Shown in pieces: positions 17,918 through 27,932 of a stretch of 64,000 bases of DNA; positions within the stretch are counted from its first letter, which is position 1, and every line of letters starts with the position of its first letter. Below the pieces are notes generated by a model. That model searched no databases. It was not told the DNA's origin and saw only the letters and a program-made list of their open reading frames with translations. A program made the translations under genes and the position numbers. The stretch is from an uncultured Candidatus Saccharibacteria bacterium (lineage in GTDB: Bacteria > Patescibacteriota > Minisyncoccia > UBA6257 > 2-01-FULL-56-20): contig CAYHXC010000008.1 of assembly GCA_964360585.1 (NCBI GenBank), positions 8 through 64,007 of the forward strand, read 5' to 3'.

Positions 17918-18439
17918 ATGAAACCAATTCACATTCTTGTCTTTATTGGAGTCATCGCAGTAGTTGTAAGTGGCGTGTTCATTGTTACTTTGAACAAAGC
18001 GCCGAACAACGAACAAGTATTCTGCACCGCCGATGCCTTGCTGTGTCCTGACGGTTCGTATGTCGGTCGCACCGGACGAGAGTGTCAGTTTAGCGCCTGT
18101 CCGAACGCGGAGACCGCCGCCGATACAACCGTGGGCGAGATTGGTGTCAAAGAAACAAAAATGATTAATGGCGTCCGTATCGCGGTAAACAGTGTTACCG
18201 AAGACAGCCGTTGTCCAAGCGATGCAACCTGTATCTGGGCCGGCCGACTGACCGCCAACGTCAGTTTAAAGAGTAATATCAATTCTGAAACACGGACGAT
18301 TTTCTCCGATACGCCGGTAGAATTTGACACGCATACAATTTCTCTTGTGAGCGCTACTCCTCCTCCCAAATCCACTGAGAAAAAAGATTTTTCTCAGTAC
18401 CGCCTTACTTTCAAAGTGGTGCCGACGAGCGGAAACTAA
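17918..18439 (+). CDS. N-terminally anchored secreted protein with Cys pairs
   Basis: TM/signal anchor, CxxCxDG motifs. Confidence 0.5.
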   Translation: MKPIHILVFIGVIAVVVSGVFIVTLNKAPNNEQVFCTADALLCPDGSYVGRTGRECQFSACPNAETAADTTVGEIGVKETKMINGVRIAVNSVTEDSRCPSDATCIWAGRLTANVSLKSNINSETRTIFSDTPVEFDTHTISLVSATPPPKSTEKKDFSQYRLTFKVVPTSGN

Positions 18440-18498
18440 ATTGACAGCACTGTAGTAGCAGTAGTTTAATACTTGGAGCACAGAAGGGAGGATTTCGT

Positions 18499-19152
18499 AT
18501 GCGGCAAGTCACCGATGATTTCTTGGAGAAGATCAGACCGTATGTAAATCTGCATGAGAAACGAGTGCTCGAGATCGGCTGTGGCAACGGATCGCGATCG
18601 GTCGAGATCGCCGCCCTGTGTCAGTCTCTCATAGCCATCGAGCCAAATGTTGAACTTTTCACTACGGCTTGTAGCGAAAATCTACGACCGAACATCACCT
18701 ACGGACTCGACTCGATTTTGCGTTTCCCGTACGATCCAAGATCGTTTGATGTGACCATATTCACACTCTCGCTCCATCATATTCCGGAGGAGCTGATGGC
18801 GAGGGCCATTGACCGAGCAGTGGAAGCCACACATCCTGAAGGAGCAATCATCTTCCTCGAACCGTGGTTCTTGGGACCATTTTTCTCGGCAGAACAACAG
18901 TTCGATGCGTGCGATGGCGACGAGCGAGCAAACAAAGCCGCCGCTTACCGCGCCATTCTCAACCACCCTCGCCTTGAGGAACAGGTTGAGATCACCGGCC
19001 AGACCACCTTCCAGTTCGATTCTCCTCAGGATTTCATGGACTCAATGCGTCCTCAGCGCAACACCGAAAGAGTCATTGCTTTCCTCCGAAAACACAAATA
19101 CCAACTGAAGGCGCCGCGACGGATTACCGTTTGTACACCAGCCGCTCGTTAA
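18499..19152 (+). CDS. class I SAM-dependent methyltransferase
   Basis: Motif I VLEIGCGNGSRS. Confidence 0.7.
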   Translation: MRQVTDDFLEKIRPYVNLHEKRVLEIGCGNGSRSVEIAALCQSLIAIEPNVELFTTACSENLRPNITYGLDSILRFPYDPRSFDVTIFTLSLHHIPEELMARAIDRAVEATHPEGAIIFLEPWFLGPFFSAEQQFDACDGDERANKAAAYRAILNHPRLEEQVEITGQTTFQFDSPQDFMDSMRPQRNTERVIAFLRKHKYQLKAPRRITVCTPAAR

Positions 19153-19174
19153 CACCAGCGGCTTTTTTATTTAA
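19141..19174 (+). terminator. rho-independent terminator
   Basis: GCCGCTcgttaacaccAGCGGC + TTTTTTATTT. Confidence 0.6.
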
Positions 19175-19342
19175 CTAGAACCCATCTCAAAAATAGAATC
19201 ACGCAGTCTTCCGGCTAGATTCGGCTATAAACCCACCCGACCCTCCTTGAAATACCATAGGGTATTCCTGTCTCGGGTCGGATGGTTCTCGCTCGAATCT
19301 ATCACGGAATACCCCTGTGCCTATTTTTGAGATGGGTTCTAG
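19175..19342. mobile_element. MITE-like palindromic element, copy A (168 bp, 21-bp perfect TIRs CTAGAACCCATCTCAAAAATA)
   Basis: Perfect terminal inverted repeats, long imperfect internal palindrome, no coding capacity. Confidence 0.7.
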
Positions 19343-19405
19343 GCTCCCACCGGCGGAGGACAAAACCCTTGGAACCGAATGGTAGATTTTTGAGATGGGT
19401 TCTAA
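19343..19405. repeat. partial MITE-like copy (one TIR plus ~40 bp) abutting copy A
   Basis: gatttttgagatgggttctaa repeats the TIR; overlaps the stop codon of the downstream minus-strand gene. Confidence 0.55.
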
Positions 19406-20121
19406 TATCCAGTAAAATCCTCGCTTCGTACCATATCCGGATCGATACCGAGATCACGCGTAACCCGTCGCATCGCCCCAACCATGGCCGCCGGTCCAAC
19501 CAGATAGTACACTGCATTGGGTTCAGAAATATATTTTTTAACCATCTCCGCATTTACATAACCCGTTTTTCCTGTCCAAGTTTGTTGCGACTTATCCATC
19601 TCGGTCATCGTGCCGATAAACGTGTAGTTCGAATTTTTACTTTGTAATTCTTGAAGTTCGGATAAAAACGGTGCGTCCTCGGGACGGCGGTTTGAATAAA
19701 ATAAAAATAACTTGTGCGGCTTATGCTCTTGAGCTGCCACAATCAGCATCGAACGAACAGGCGTAATCCCAATCCCGCCGATTAAAAAAACGGCTGGACG
19801 TGTCACATTCTCATGGAGAACAAAATCGCCATACGGACCTTCGAATATAACTGCACTGCCGAGCGGCAGATTTTTTAAAACCCGCTTGAAGGCAGTGTCT
19901 CGCATACGTGTCGCAATCATAATACGCGGCTCGTGCGGCGCGCTGGCAATGGAAAACTGGCGGGAGTTTCCTTCGCCGTCGGTTTCAGGTGGATTAATTA
20001 AAGTTATTTCGCAAAACTGTCCGGCCACAAAAGAAAAACCGGCCGGCTTCTCAAAATAAAAAGCCATTGTCCCCTCGGCTATTTCTTTCCGGTTGATCAA
20101 TTTTACCGTATATCTAGCCAT
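19402..20121 (-). CDS. ferredoxin-NADP+ reductase-like FAD/NAD(P)-binding oxidoreductase
   Basis: RQFSIAS (RxYS FAD motif) and GGIGITP NAD-binding motif. Confidence 0.75.
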   Translation of the reverse strand: MARYTVKLINRKEIAEGTMAFYFEKPAGFSFVAGQFCEITLINPPETDGEGNSRQFSIASAPHEPRIMIATRMRDTAFKRVLKNLPLGSAVIFEGPYGDFVLHENVTRPAVFLIGGIGITPVRSMLIVAAQEHKPHKLFLFYSNRRPEDAPFLSELQELQSKNSNYTFIGTMTEMDKSQQTWTGKTGYVNAEMVKKYISEPNAVYYLVGPAAMVGAMRRVTRDLGIDPDMVRSEDFTGY

Positions 20122-20216
20122 GCTGTTCCAGTGTCATTCGGTCATTATGGCATAGGCCTTACACAATTCAATCCGAACGGATATGCTATACTTTCAATAG
20201 ATTGAAGGAGGTGGCT

Positions 20217-20339
20217 TATGTTGAAGTTGACATGGCTCCCCAACTGGCAAGCTTACGCTGTTCGCTGGAACGGAAAAAATCTGGGGATGGTGCGTTGCCA
20301 GGTCCCACTTCCGTTCCGTTCGCCAGTAACCTTCGCTTA
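20217..20339 (+). CDS. small W-rich peptide (40 aa) with strong SD and terminator
   Basis: AGGAGGTG 4 nt before the ATG; MLKLTWLPNWQAYAVRWNGKNLGMVRCQVPLPFRSPVTFA; terminator 20 nt downstream. Confidence 0.35.
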
Positions 20340-20361
20340 GTGAGGTCGTTTCTCATATCTC

Positions 20362-20395
20362 AACCGCTCTGCCTCTCGAGAGCGGTTTTTTTATT
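20362..20395 (+). terminator. rho-independent terminator
   Basis: CCGCTCTgcctctcgAGAGCGG + TTTTTTTATT. Confidence 0.65.
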
Positions 20396-20424
20396 CATGA
20401 AAAAGGCTGTACCTATGCTAAAAT

Positions 20425-21324
20425 ATGCCTATGCATATAGCACTTATAGGCGCCGGAGCGTTGGGACAAGCCGTTAAAAGCCTCCTCGCAGAAAAACCTG
20501 TATCAATAAGTATCTGGGACATCGACCCTCAAAAAACTGACCCGTCCCAAACTCTCGAAATCATAATTCCTCAAGCCAATTTTGTTTTCTTCGCCCTGCC
20601 CTCGTGGGGCATGCGACAAGCTATTCAAAGCGTGCAACCCTTGCTTCGACCCACCACCCGCCTCGTCTCGTTCGCGAAAGGCATTGAAGAAGAATCCGGA
20701 AAAACCACCTATGATCTTTTTATGGAAATTGTTCCATCGCACCCTTTGGTTGTGGTTGGCGGCCCGATGTTAGCCGAAGAGATTCATGAGGGCAAGAAGG
20801 CTATCGCAGTTATTGCTTCTCGTGATAGCGAAACAATGAACACCCTCCGCGAATTAATGAGTTCGCCACGTCTCCGCGTCGAAACCTCAAACCAACCTGA
20901 CGCGCTCGCGGTCGCCGGCGTACTCAAAAACATCTACACAGTCGCGCTCGGTTTGGCGGACGGGCTCGAACTTTCCGGAAACGAAAAAGGGTGGTTGGTC
21001 GCACAATGTGTAGAAGAAATGCTTGCTATCGCCCGCACCATGCATACCGATGAAACAATTATTCTGGGAACTGGCGGTCTGGGAGATTTTATTGCGACTG
21101 GCTTTAGCCCCTCCTCCCGCAACCGCACCGTGGGCTACGAAATCGCGACGAAAGGGATTTGCAATCTTCGCGCCGAAGGCTTGTCGTCACTTCCTGGACT
21201 GATGAAACGACTCGGAGAAGAAACGAAGCATCTTCCCCTGCTTCACCTCATCAACGCGGTAGGCATCGTTTGCAAACCGGCTCAAACAGAATTTACAAAA
21301 TACTTTGATGCCCAAGAAAAATAA
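20425..21324 (+). CDS. gpsA: NAD(P)H-dependent glycerol-3-phosphate dehydrogenase
   Basis: N-terminal Rossmann IALIGAGALGQA; overall GpsA-like architecture. Confidence 0.7.
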   Translation: MPMHIALIGAGALGQAVKSLLAEKPVSISIWDIDPQKTDPSQTLEIIIPQANFVFFALPSWGMRQAIQSVQPLLRPTTRLVSFAKGIEEESGKTTYDLFMEIVPSHPLVVVGGPMLAEEIHEGKKAIAVIASRDSETMNTLRELMSSPRLRVETSNQPDALAVAGVLKNIYTVALGLADGLELSGNEKGWLVAQCVEEMLAIARTMHTDETIILGTGGLGDFIATGFSPSSRNRTVGYEIATKGICNLRAEGLSSLPGLMKRLGEETKHLPLLHLINAVGIVCKPAQTEFTKYFDAQEK

Positions 21325-22513
21325 TATTCTTGTTCTTGATGTCGGCACAACCGGTGTTAAGGGATTGGTCTTTAATGCTGTTTTCGAACCGATAGCACAG
21401 TCATATCACACACTCAAAAAAACTAAGAAGCAACGGGGGTGGGTGGAACAAGATCCGGAAGAGATACTTCGCGTTTCACAAATCGCGCTTCGAAACACGC
21501 TCGAAAAAAGTCGCGTACCTCAACAATCTATCATTGGCTTAGGGCTCGCCAATCAAAGAGAAACAACCATTCTCTGGGATAAGAAAACCGGACGAGCCAT
21601 CTATCCGGCGATCGTTTGGGAAGATGAGCGGACAAAAACGCACTGCGCCAGGCTCAAACAGCACGAAACACTCATTCGGATGAAAACCGGACTGAAACTC
21701 GACCCCTATTTTTCTGCGACAAAGATTCAGTGGATTTTGGAGCATGTTCCAACAGCCAAACCACTCCTTCAAAAAAACCGGCTCCTCTTCGGCACTGTGG
21801 ACACTTGGATTCTATGGCATTTCTTGGATGGTCATCCCCATAGTACGGATTACACAAATGCCTCGCGAACACTTATTTTCAACATCAAAACACTCCGTTG
21901 GGATGCCGATCTCTTAAAACTATTCGGAATTCCAAAAACTATCCTGCCGCGCGTCAAACCATCCTCTAGCCGCTTTGGCCGCATGAAGAAAAGTCTTTTA
22001 GGGTTTCCCCTTCCCGTTCTCGCTGTTTGCGGCGACCAGGAAGCCAGCCTCTTCGCCGCCGGCGAAAAAAAGGGGGTAACCAAGATAACCTACGGCACCG
22101 GCGCTTTTGTGAGCCAAATTATCGGATCGCGCTTCATGAGCCGCGAACCATTTTTTACCACGCTCGCTGCCCATCTTGGTAAAAAACCTTTGTACATTCT
22201 CGAAGCTAAAGTAAATGACTGCGGCAAGACTGTTCAAGAAGCTCTGCGCCATCCCCGCACACTTGAGAAAACGGTACGAAAGATTGCTCGAGAAATTGCT
22301 CGCTACACGAAAAAACTGCCTCTCACGCCACAGTACATTATGCTGGACGGGGGCGTGACTCGATACGAAGGTCTCAAAAACATTCAAGCCTCGGCTTCCG
22401 GTACGCCAACCGAGCTCCAAAGAACGTATAACGGCACAGCGCTCGGCGTAGCCAAACTCGTCGCCAAACAAAAACCAGAACCCATCTCAAAAGTGCCGCG
22501 AGCCGCGATATGA
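21305..22513 (+). CDS. FGGY-family glycerol kinase-like protein, C-terminally short
   Basis: GlpK blocks LVLDVGTTGVKG and GTVDTWILWHF; last 12 codons and stop lie inside a MITE-like element. Confidence 0.7.
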   Translation: MMPKKNNILVLDVGTTGVKGLVFNAVFEPIAQSYHTLKKTKKQRGWVEQDPEEILRVSQIALRNTLEKSRVPQQSIIGLGLANQRETTILWDKKTGRAIYPAIVWEDERTKTHCARLKQHETLIRMKTGLKLDPYFSATKIQWILEHVPTAKPLLQKNRLLFGTVDTWILWHFLDGHPHSTDYTNASRTLIFNIKTLRWDADLLKLFGIPKTILPRVKPSSSRFGRMKKSLLGFPLPVLAVCGDQEASLFAAGEKKGVTKITYGTGAFVSQIIGSRFMSREPFFTTLAAHLGKKPLYILEAKVNDCGKTVQEALRHPRTLEKTVRKIAREIARYTKKLPLTPQYIMLDGGVTRYEGLKNIQASASGTPTELQRTYNGTALGVAKLVAKQKPEPISKVPRAAI

Positions 22514-22753
22514 GCCAACTTTCACAAGATTAAGGAGTAAGGACGAAGGCGTACCCTTTGGTACGTCGAGTCCGCAGCGACAAATAAGATTGTGAAAATT
22601 GGCTCATATCCCTTCGGGTTTCCGCTGTTTTTCCATTCCGCGTTGTTCCGACCTCCTTGAAGTACCTATGGGTACATCTTCGGAGTCCGTGCCTAGCGGA
22701 ATGGAAAAACAGCTGGAAACGCGTCGCCGTGGTACTTTTGAGATGGGTTCTAG
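22475..22753. mobile_element. MITE-like element, copy C (~279 bp, same termini, different palindromic core)
   Basis: Termini cAGAACCCATCTCAAAAG / CTTTTGAGATGGGTTCTAG; internal palindromes such as gtaccctttggtac. Confidence 0.6.
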
Positions 22754-23325
22754 GGTCGTAGTCGTCGTAAAAGAAGAACACCTACGAGAAGCAAGTTCAT
22801 AAAAACAAGCGACACGGGATAAAGAAAGGTCAGCGGCGTGTAGATTTCAAGCGCGAAGATCGCCAAGGTGAATTTTACGGCATTGAGAAAATACGTAATG
22901 GCCGCCTCCTGGTTTGGACGCCGAAAAGCCTTCTTCAATGTCGGCGCGAATCCGATCGCTCCAATAAGAATAGAGAGGAGCACGGCCCACAAAGGATCGC
23001 TCGTCGCGTACCAGATGCCGATCGCGAAAACTGCGCCAATCAAACTCACGCTATCTATCGGCTGTATTTTTCCATCATGACGAAGATAAACGGAAAATGA
23101 GATGAGGAAGCAAACGACTGCCGTTAGGGCAGTCGCCCATGCCCCAGGTCCGGCTGCTCCTGCCATCTGCGCGAAAAACGTAATCGTCGCTAACATGCCC
23201 CAGATTAACCAGGAAAATGGGTCGGGTTTGATCTTTCCCCGAAAAATATTCTGAAAATAAATGGAGTAACTCACAATGCCAATCGCGATGGTGAGTAACC
23301 CTAAAATTACTTTGTCATTAAGCAT
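22750..23325 (-). CDS. polytopic membrane protein (191 aa)
   Basis: Five to six hydrophobic helices; its stop lies in the right TIR of element C. Confidence 0.5.
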   Translation of the reverse strand: MLNDKVILGLLTIAIGIVSYSIYFQNIFRGKIKPDPFSWLIWGMLATITFFAQMAGAAGPGAWATALTAVVCFLISFSVYLRHDGKIQPIDSVSLIGAVFAIGIWYATSDPLWAVLLSILIGAIGFAPTLKKAFRRPNQEAAITYFLNAVKFTLAIFALEIYTPLTFLYPVSLVFMNLLLVGVLLLRRLRP

Positions 23326-23530
23326 ATACTATTTCCGAATACACACTTCATTATATCACCAGGCGCGCTCATGTGCGGCATTGAACCGCACAGTATAAAG
23401 AACAGCTTATCCAGAGAGAAATCTTGACAAAGTTTGAATAAAATGTACTATCCAAAGTAGCGCGCTGGCTAAAAACCAGTGTTTACAGAGAAGGTAAATA
23501 ACCGAATAACAACGTTCTCAACGACTACTT

Positions 23531-25144
23531 TTGGAGGGTACGGAAATGTCGAAGCGAATCATGACGGCGATTGTGGCGGCCACACTGCTACTCAGCTTGG
23601 TTGCCGAATCTTCGGCAGCCGTAACCCAAACTATCGTGATTCGAAAGGGTCAGAAGGTTTGGACAACTTGCGCCTCGGTAATGGGAAGCGATCCCAAGTC
23701 GGCGACGACTGGGAACTGCGTGAACAGTGTCACGGACTTGAATCTCAAACTCAATGAGAACTTCAATGTGAACTGGATTCTGGCCGGTACGCCGGTTGTC
23801 TTCCCGATGGGAACGACTCCGGTAGCTGAAACCATTCCCAACTCGCACCATGAAATGGCCGAGCGAGCTCCAATGGCAGGAATGCCGCCGGTGAACGTGG
23901 CTCGTGGAGCGGCTGATCAGAACCAACCCGCGCCAAGCCCTGTCGTGCAACTCGGACTTCATCAAGTGGATGCCCTGAAGGCCGCAGAAACGACCATCAC
24001 TCAGCTCCGCAAACAGCTCGCCGAGAAGGCTCCGATGGAAGGTAGCGACGCAGTCGTTGCCGATCTCCAGAAAAATCTCGAGGCAGCCGTTACGCGGGAA
24101 GAAGTTGCAGAAATACAACTCGAAGCCCGTACGGCAGAACGAGATCGTCTCGCCAAGGCAAATGAAGGCATGGCACGACAACTCGCGACAGTTCAGAAAG
24201 CCAAGCCGGATGTAGCAAACAACAGCTTGAAAGAAGCTCTGGAGAGAGAGCAGAAAGAACGGGCGATTGCTGAAGGCACGCTCGCTGCTCAAGTCACGAG
24301 TCTCCTCGAGGAGAAAGACATCCTCACAAGGAAACTTGAAGTGGCGGAGAAATCCGTCGCTGACAGTAACAAACTCTCCGGAGAACTCGCGACGGCGAAG
24401 AGCGTGGTCGAAGCGAAAGAGGCTGAGATCATGGAACTCCACCAACCATGGCTCACAATCGACTTCAGCAAAGCGAATTGGATCGCGGTTGCTGGAAACA
24501 TCATCCTCCTCTTGGCTCTTTTCATTCGGAGAAAACGCTCGTACTATAAGGCCGGGAACGAAACCACTAATCTACTCCGAATGAAGTTCGAAGCCCTGCA
24601 AGTTGAGCTGCGCGAGGAACGAGAACGCTCGTGGAATAACGCCGCCCTATCCCGAGAAGTTGACGAGCAGTGGGAAACGACGTTGGAGAAGGTTCCTGAT
24701 GAAGGACGCCTGCCATTCCGCATCTCCCCTCTTCTTTTCGATGGAAAGCACGCAGGAAAATTTGTCTACTTCAAGTCGACGATCCCTATGCGCTGCGGCA
24801 GGCTGGTTCAGTCTAAACGCAAGTTTTTCGAGCACGTAAAGGAATGCTCAACCTGCCTCGCGCAAATCGACCAAGAACTTACTTTGAGTAACGGGCATCC
24901 CGATGCACCGGCGGCCTCCCTTGGGGGAGTGTCAAAGGCTATGCATCAAAGTGGCAACGGAGCGGACTCGGCATCTCACGTCGAAGTTCCAAACCTTGTA
25001 GCCACGGATTCACTTGCTCAAAACGGCAACGCACACGCCCAGAATGGCAACGGCGACAATAGACGCCGCGTCAGTCTTGGAGCGATCGACGACACAGGTG
25101 GCGACCCCGTCTTGCGTAAATCGCAAGGCGAAAAGGTTGCCTGA
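23531..25144 (+). CDS. signal peptide, coiled-coil, mid-protein TM protein (537 aa)
   Basis: Signal peptide, long heptad-like E/K/A-rich region, TM helix WIAVAGNIILLLALFI, C-terminal Cys-containing region. Confidence 0.5.
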   Translation: MEGTEMSKRIMTAIVAATLLLSLVAESSAAVTQTIVIRKGQKVWTTCASVMGSDPKSATTGNCVNSVTDLNLKLNENFNVNWILAGTPVVFPMGTTPVAETIPNSHHEMAERAPMAGMPPVNVARGAADQNQPAPSPVVQLGLHQVDALKAAETTITQLRKQLAEKAPMEGSDAVVADLQKNLEAAVTREEVAEIQLEARTAERDRLAKANEGMARQLATVQKAKPDVANNSLKEALEREQKERAIAEGTLAAQVTSLLEEKDILTRKLEVAEKSVADSNKLSGELATAKSVVEAKEAEIMELHQPWLTIDFSKANWIAVAGNIILLLALFIRRKRSYYKAGNETTNLLRMKFEALQVELREERERSWNNAALSREVDEQWETTLEKVPDEGRLPFRISPLLFDGKHAGKFVYFKSTIPMRCGRLVQSKRKFFEHVKECSTCLAQIDQELTLSNGHPDAPAASLGGVSKAMHQSGNGADSASHVEVPNLVATDSLAQNGNAHAQNGNGDNRRRVSLGAIDDTGGDPVLRKSQGEKVA

Positions 25145-25175
25145 TTATGAAGTTCGGTTAGATACCCACCCATAA

Positions 25176-25207
25176 GGCCAGTCCATCACACGGACGGGCC
25201 TTTTTTA
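25176..25207 (+). terminator. rho-independent terminator
   Basis: GGCCaGTCCatcacacGGACgGGCC + TTTTTTATT. Confidence 0.55.
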
Positions 25208-25316
25208 TTCTTCGCAATAATATGTGTTGTGAGATTGCCGCGTCGTTCGCCAACTGGCGAACTCCTCGCAATGACAAATAAGCACATCGAAGGAAGATTG
25301 ATCCTAATCTGCTATA

Positions 25317-25655
25317 ATGTACTGTATGACTACTTTTATCGGAACGATCTCCTGGTTCTTGGGCAAACTCAGTCGACTCATTGTGTATGCCTACTGTTTT
25401 CTTGTCGTGGCTTCTTATCTTGCGGTTCACAGTAAAATTGCCGCCTCGACCGGCGCTCCGGAACGGTTTGCGTTCAGCATCTTCCTCGCCATTTTTGAAG
25501 CGATCGTCCTTATTCTCATTCCCATCGCTTTTTTTTCGTTTCAACCGGTCGTTGCAACCTACAGCCACTGGGCAATTTTTGGCGTACTCGCCGCGATTTT
25601 CGCCTTCCTCTATCCTGATGTATTAGAACTGGCAATCTCGTATATCCACTTTTAG
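25317..25655 (+). CDS. possible small membrane protein (112 aa)
   Basis: Three hydrophobic helices; no clear SD. Confidence 0.3.
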   Translation: MYCMTTFIGTISWFLGKLSRLIVYAYCFLVVASYLAVHSKIAASTGAPERFAFSIFLAIFEAIVLILIPIAFFSFQPVVATYSHWAIFGVLAAIFAFLYPDVLELAISYIHF

Positions 25656-25787
25656 AAATCGCCAATCTGGAAGAGATTGCCGCGCCCGCTTCGCAGAGCT
25701 TTAGCGAGGCGAGTCGCTTGCGCTCCTCCCGCCTGAGGCGGGCAGGCGCAATGACATACGGGTATGCCCCGTATCCACGGGTTTATG

Positions 25788-25823
25788 CCCGTGGTTTTGG
25801 CATGGGAATTTGGCATATAAAAA
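25788..25823 (+). repeat. hairpin + TTTGGCATATAAAAA motif, copy 1
   Basis: cccgtggttttggcatgggaatttggcatataaaaa, about 85% identical to the copy at 35926. Confidence 0.45.
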
Positions 25824-25848
25824 CCAGCCAAAAAATGGCGGTTTTCGT

Positions 25849-27906
25849 TTAGTTTCCGGCGTTAAAGATATCACGCACTTCCGTTGCCGTAAGCGCTTTA
25901 TTATAGACCCTTACCGCATCCAACCGACCAGCAAAAGAAGTGTTGTAGGGGAAATTAAATGGATTGACCGCAGTGGACGATGGCGCCCACGATCCCACAA
26001 ATGATGAGGCTACAGAGTTTCCATTAACATATGCCGCTCCGGTCGTGGGCGAACTAATTACCGCCACAAGATGAGTCCACGCTCCAACAGGCGGGGCATA
26101 CGAAGTAAAGGTGAGCCCGGAAGAAGTAAAATTATCAAACAGCACTGTCGACGCTGAGTTCAAAGCAAATCGAAGCTGCGCATTTTTTCGTACGATTTCT
26201 TTACCGTTCAACACCGAAGTTGGATAGACCCAAACCGATAGAGACAGTGGCGCGGCATCAAAGTCAATGGATGCGGCGTGCGGAACAGAGACATAGTTAT
26301 CACTGCCGTTGAATTCCAAGCAACCACCCTCTTTACAACTGGCGCCTGAAAGCCAAGCCGGACTACCGCTCGCATTTCCAGTATTCCCATTCGCAGTCGC
26401 ATCGGCAACGGGTATGCCAGGCGTATCATTCATTCTCCAGTAACCTTTAAGATTGGCATCGTAGTTCACGGTAAAGAAATTTTCAGTATTAAATTGCAGA
26501 TCCGGATTGGTAACCGTCACACTGCGCACACCAACCGGCGCTGTGCTTGACACATTGATTGTGACATCAATCCGGGTAGAGTTCACGAAAGTCGGCGAAC
26601 CGACATTCGTAATACCGGCTCCGCCAAAGACAACCGTCGCGCCACTCACGAAATCAGCGCCATTAACCTGCACGACAAGATTATTCGTCGCCTGGTTACC
26701 GGCACTTGGTGAGAGCGAGAAAATTGAAGGCGCCGGTGCGGCGGCCGCATTCACGGTAAAGGTACTGGCATTGGAGGTCTGGGTATCAGGATTGGTCACG
26801 GTCACACTTCTCGCGCCCACTGTGGCGCCACCGGCAATGTTGATCGTTACCGTTAAAGTACTGGAGTTTACATATGTCGGCGAGCCCACCTGGGTAATAC
26901 CAGTGCCGCTAAAGAGTACGGTTGGTAAGGAAGGCGTATTCACAAAGTTAGCACCGTTCACGGTGACGACAAGGCTGCTCGATCCTTGGGTGCCGAAATT
27001 CGGGGAAAGCGAGGAAATTGACGGGGCTGGCGCGCCAGGCGCAGTTATCGTGAAAGCATTTGAGGCGGTGTTTGAGGAGTTGTCCAAATTGATAACCTTG
27101 AGATCCCACTGACCAACGGCGGCGCCGGAGATGTTAAATGATCCGCCCGTAATGGTTGTGCCGTTGGTCACGCTAAAACCCGTCCCCGTAATATCGGTCT
27201 GGCCAGTCTTCATAAGTTTAACTGACGCGCCGGACACGAATCCTTGTCCGGAAATCGAGGTAATACTCACCGTGTTGTTATTCACACCGGTTGAAGGAGT
27301 AATTGAATAGACTTGGACGCTTTGCGAGTTGGGACGAAGCGGCGCCACAGTCAAATGATTCCCGATCTCAAGCAAAGTCGTGTCGTCGCCGCCGTCCTGA
27401 ATAAGATCACTGCGGTATCGCTGTGACTCCATCGCGGCATTTAACTCCCAACTACCAGCAACAAAAGTATAGTAGTAACCCGAAGAGGTGGTGTTCGTCG
27501 GATCTATTGGCAGAACCGGAAGATTGGGATTGAATGACATATTCCCAAAGTTCACGGGAAGCCAACCGGTGCCATCAGCGTTCCGGAAGGTTGAACTGGG
27601 GCTACAGTAGAATGTCCAACCCGCAGGTGGCGTCAGGCCTGTATTGGCACAACCGGGATCGGAATCTGGAATGGAAAGATACACGACCGAAGGGGAGCCA
27701 AACGTTGCTCCAGGAATGTCAGTTTGGTAAAGACGAAGGGCGGTGTTGATCATTTGGAGATCTTGAAGACGTCGTGAGTCTCGGGCGGCGCGTAAAAGCT
27801 CAACCGGATTCAAGACAAGGAGAACCACGACCGAAAGCACGGCAATAATACCGATCACTACCAAGAGTTCAATCATGGTGAACCCTTTTTTCGACGCAAA
27901 ATTCAT
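25849..27906 (-). CDS. large type IV pilin-like protein with IPT/TIG-like repeats and C-terminal LamG domain
   Basis: Prepilin N-terminus KKGFTMIELLVVIGIIAVL; two tandem ~95-aa Ig-like repeats; C-terminal LamG-like ...RLDAVRVYNKAL. Confidence 0.75.
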   Translation of the reverse strand: MNFASKKGFTMIELLVVIGIIAVLSVVVLLVLNPVELLRAARDSRRLQDLQMINTALRLYQTDIPGATFGSPSVVYLSIPDSDPGCANTGLTPPAGWTFYCSPSSTFRNADGTGWLPVNFGNMSFNPNLPVLPIDPTNTTSSGYYYTFVAGSWELNAAMESQRYRSDLIQDGGDDTTLLEIGNHLTVAPLRPNSQSVQVYSITPSTGVNNNTVSITSISGQGFVSGASVKLMKTGQTDITGTGFSVTNGTTITGGSFNISGAAVGQWDLKVINLDNSSNTASNAFTITAPGAPAPSISSLSPNFGTQGSSSLVVTVNGANFVNTPSLPTVLFSGTGITQVGSPTYVNSSTLTVTINIAGGATVGARSVTVTNPDTQTSNASTFTVNAAAAPAPSIFSLSPSAGNQATNNLVVQVNGADFVSGATVVFGGAGITNVGSPTFVNSTRIDVTINVSSTAPVGVRSVTVTNPDLQFNTENFFTVNYDANLKGYWRMNDTPGIPVADATANGNTGNASGSPAWLSGASCKEGGCLEFNGSDNYVSVPHAASIDFDAAPLSLSVWVYPTSVLNGKEIVRKNAQLRFALNSASTVLFDNFTSSGLTFTSYAPPVGAWTHLVAVISSPTTGAAYVNGNSVASSFVGSWAPSSTAVNPFNFPYNTSFAGRLDAVRVYNKALTATEVRDIFNAGN

Positions 27907-27932
27907 TATTTTTTTATTATATCACAAATACC

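Noticed and set aside
20202-20477. 91-aa ORF from the automated track
   Set aside because: Reads through a strong terminator hairpin into the gpsA start; replaced by the 40-aa ORF in another frame with a near-perfect SD.
25793-25823. sigma-54 promoter resemblance (TGGCAT...TTGGCA)
   Set aside because: GG-N10-GC spacing is not satisfied; treated instead as a repeated motif of unknown function.
26507-27112. Plus-strand ORFs (26507-27112, 28173-28358, 29305-29550, 29839-30060, 31797-32135, 32593-32934, 33652-34047, 34904-35248 and similar)
   Set aside because: Antisense shadow ORFs within the repeat-rich, Thr/Ser/Gly/Val-rich giant gene and the pilin-like gene; no starts or SDs, and they mirror the intragenic duplications.
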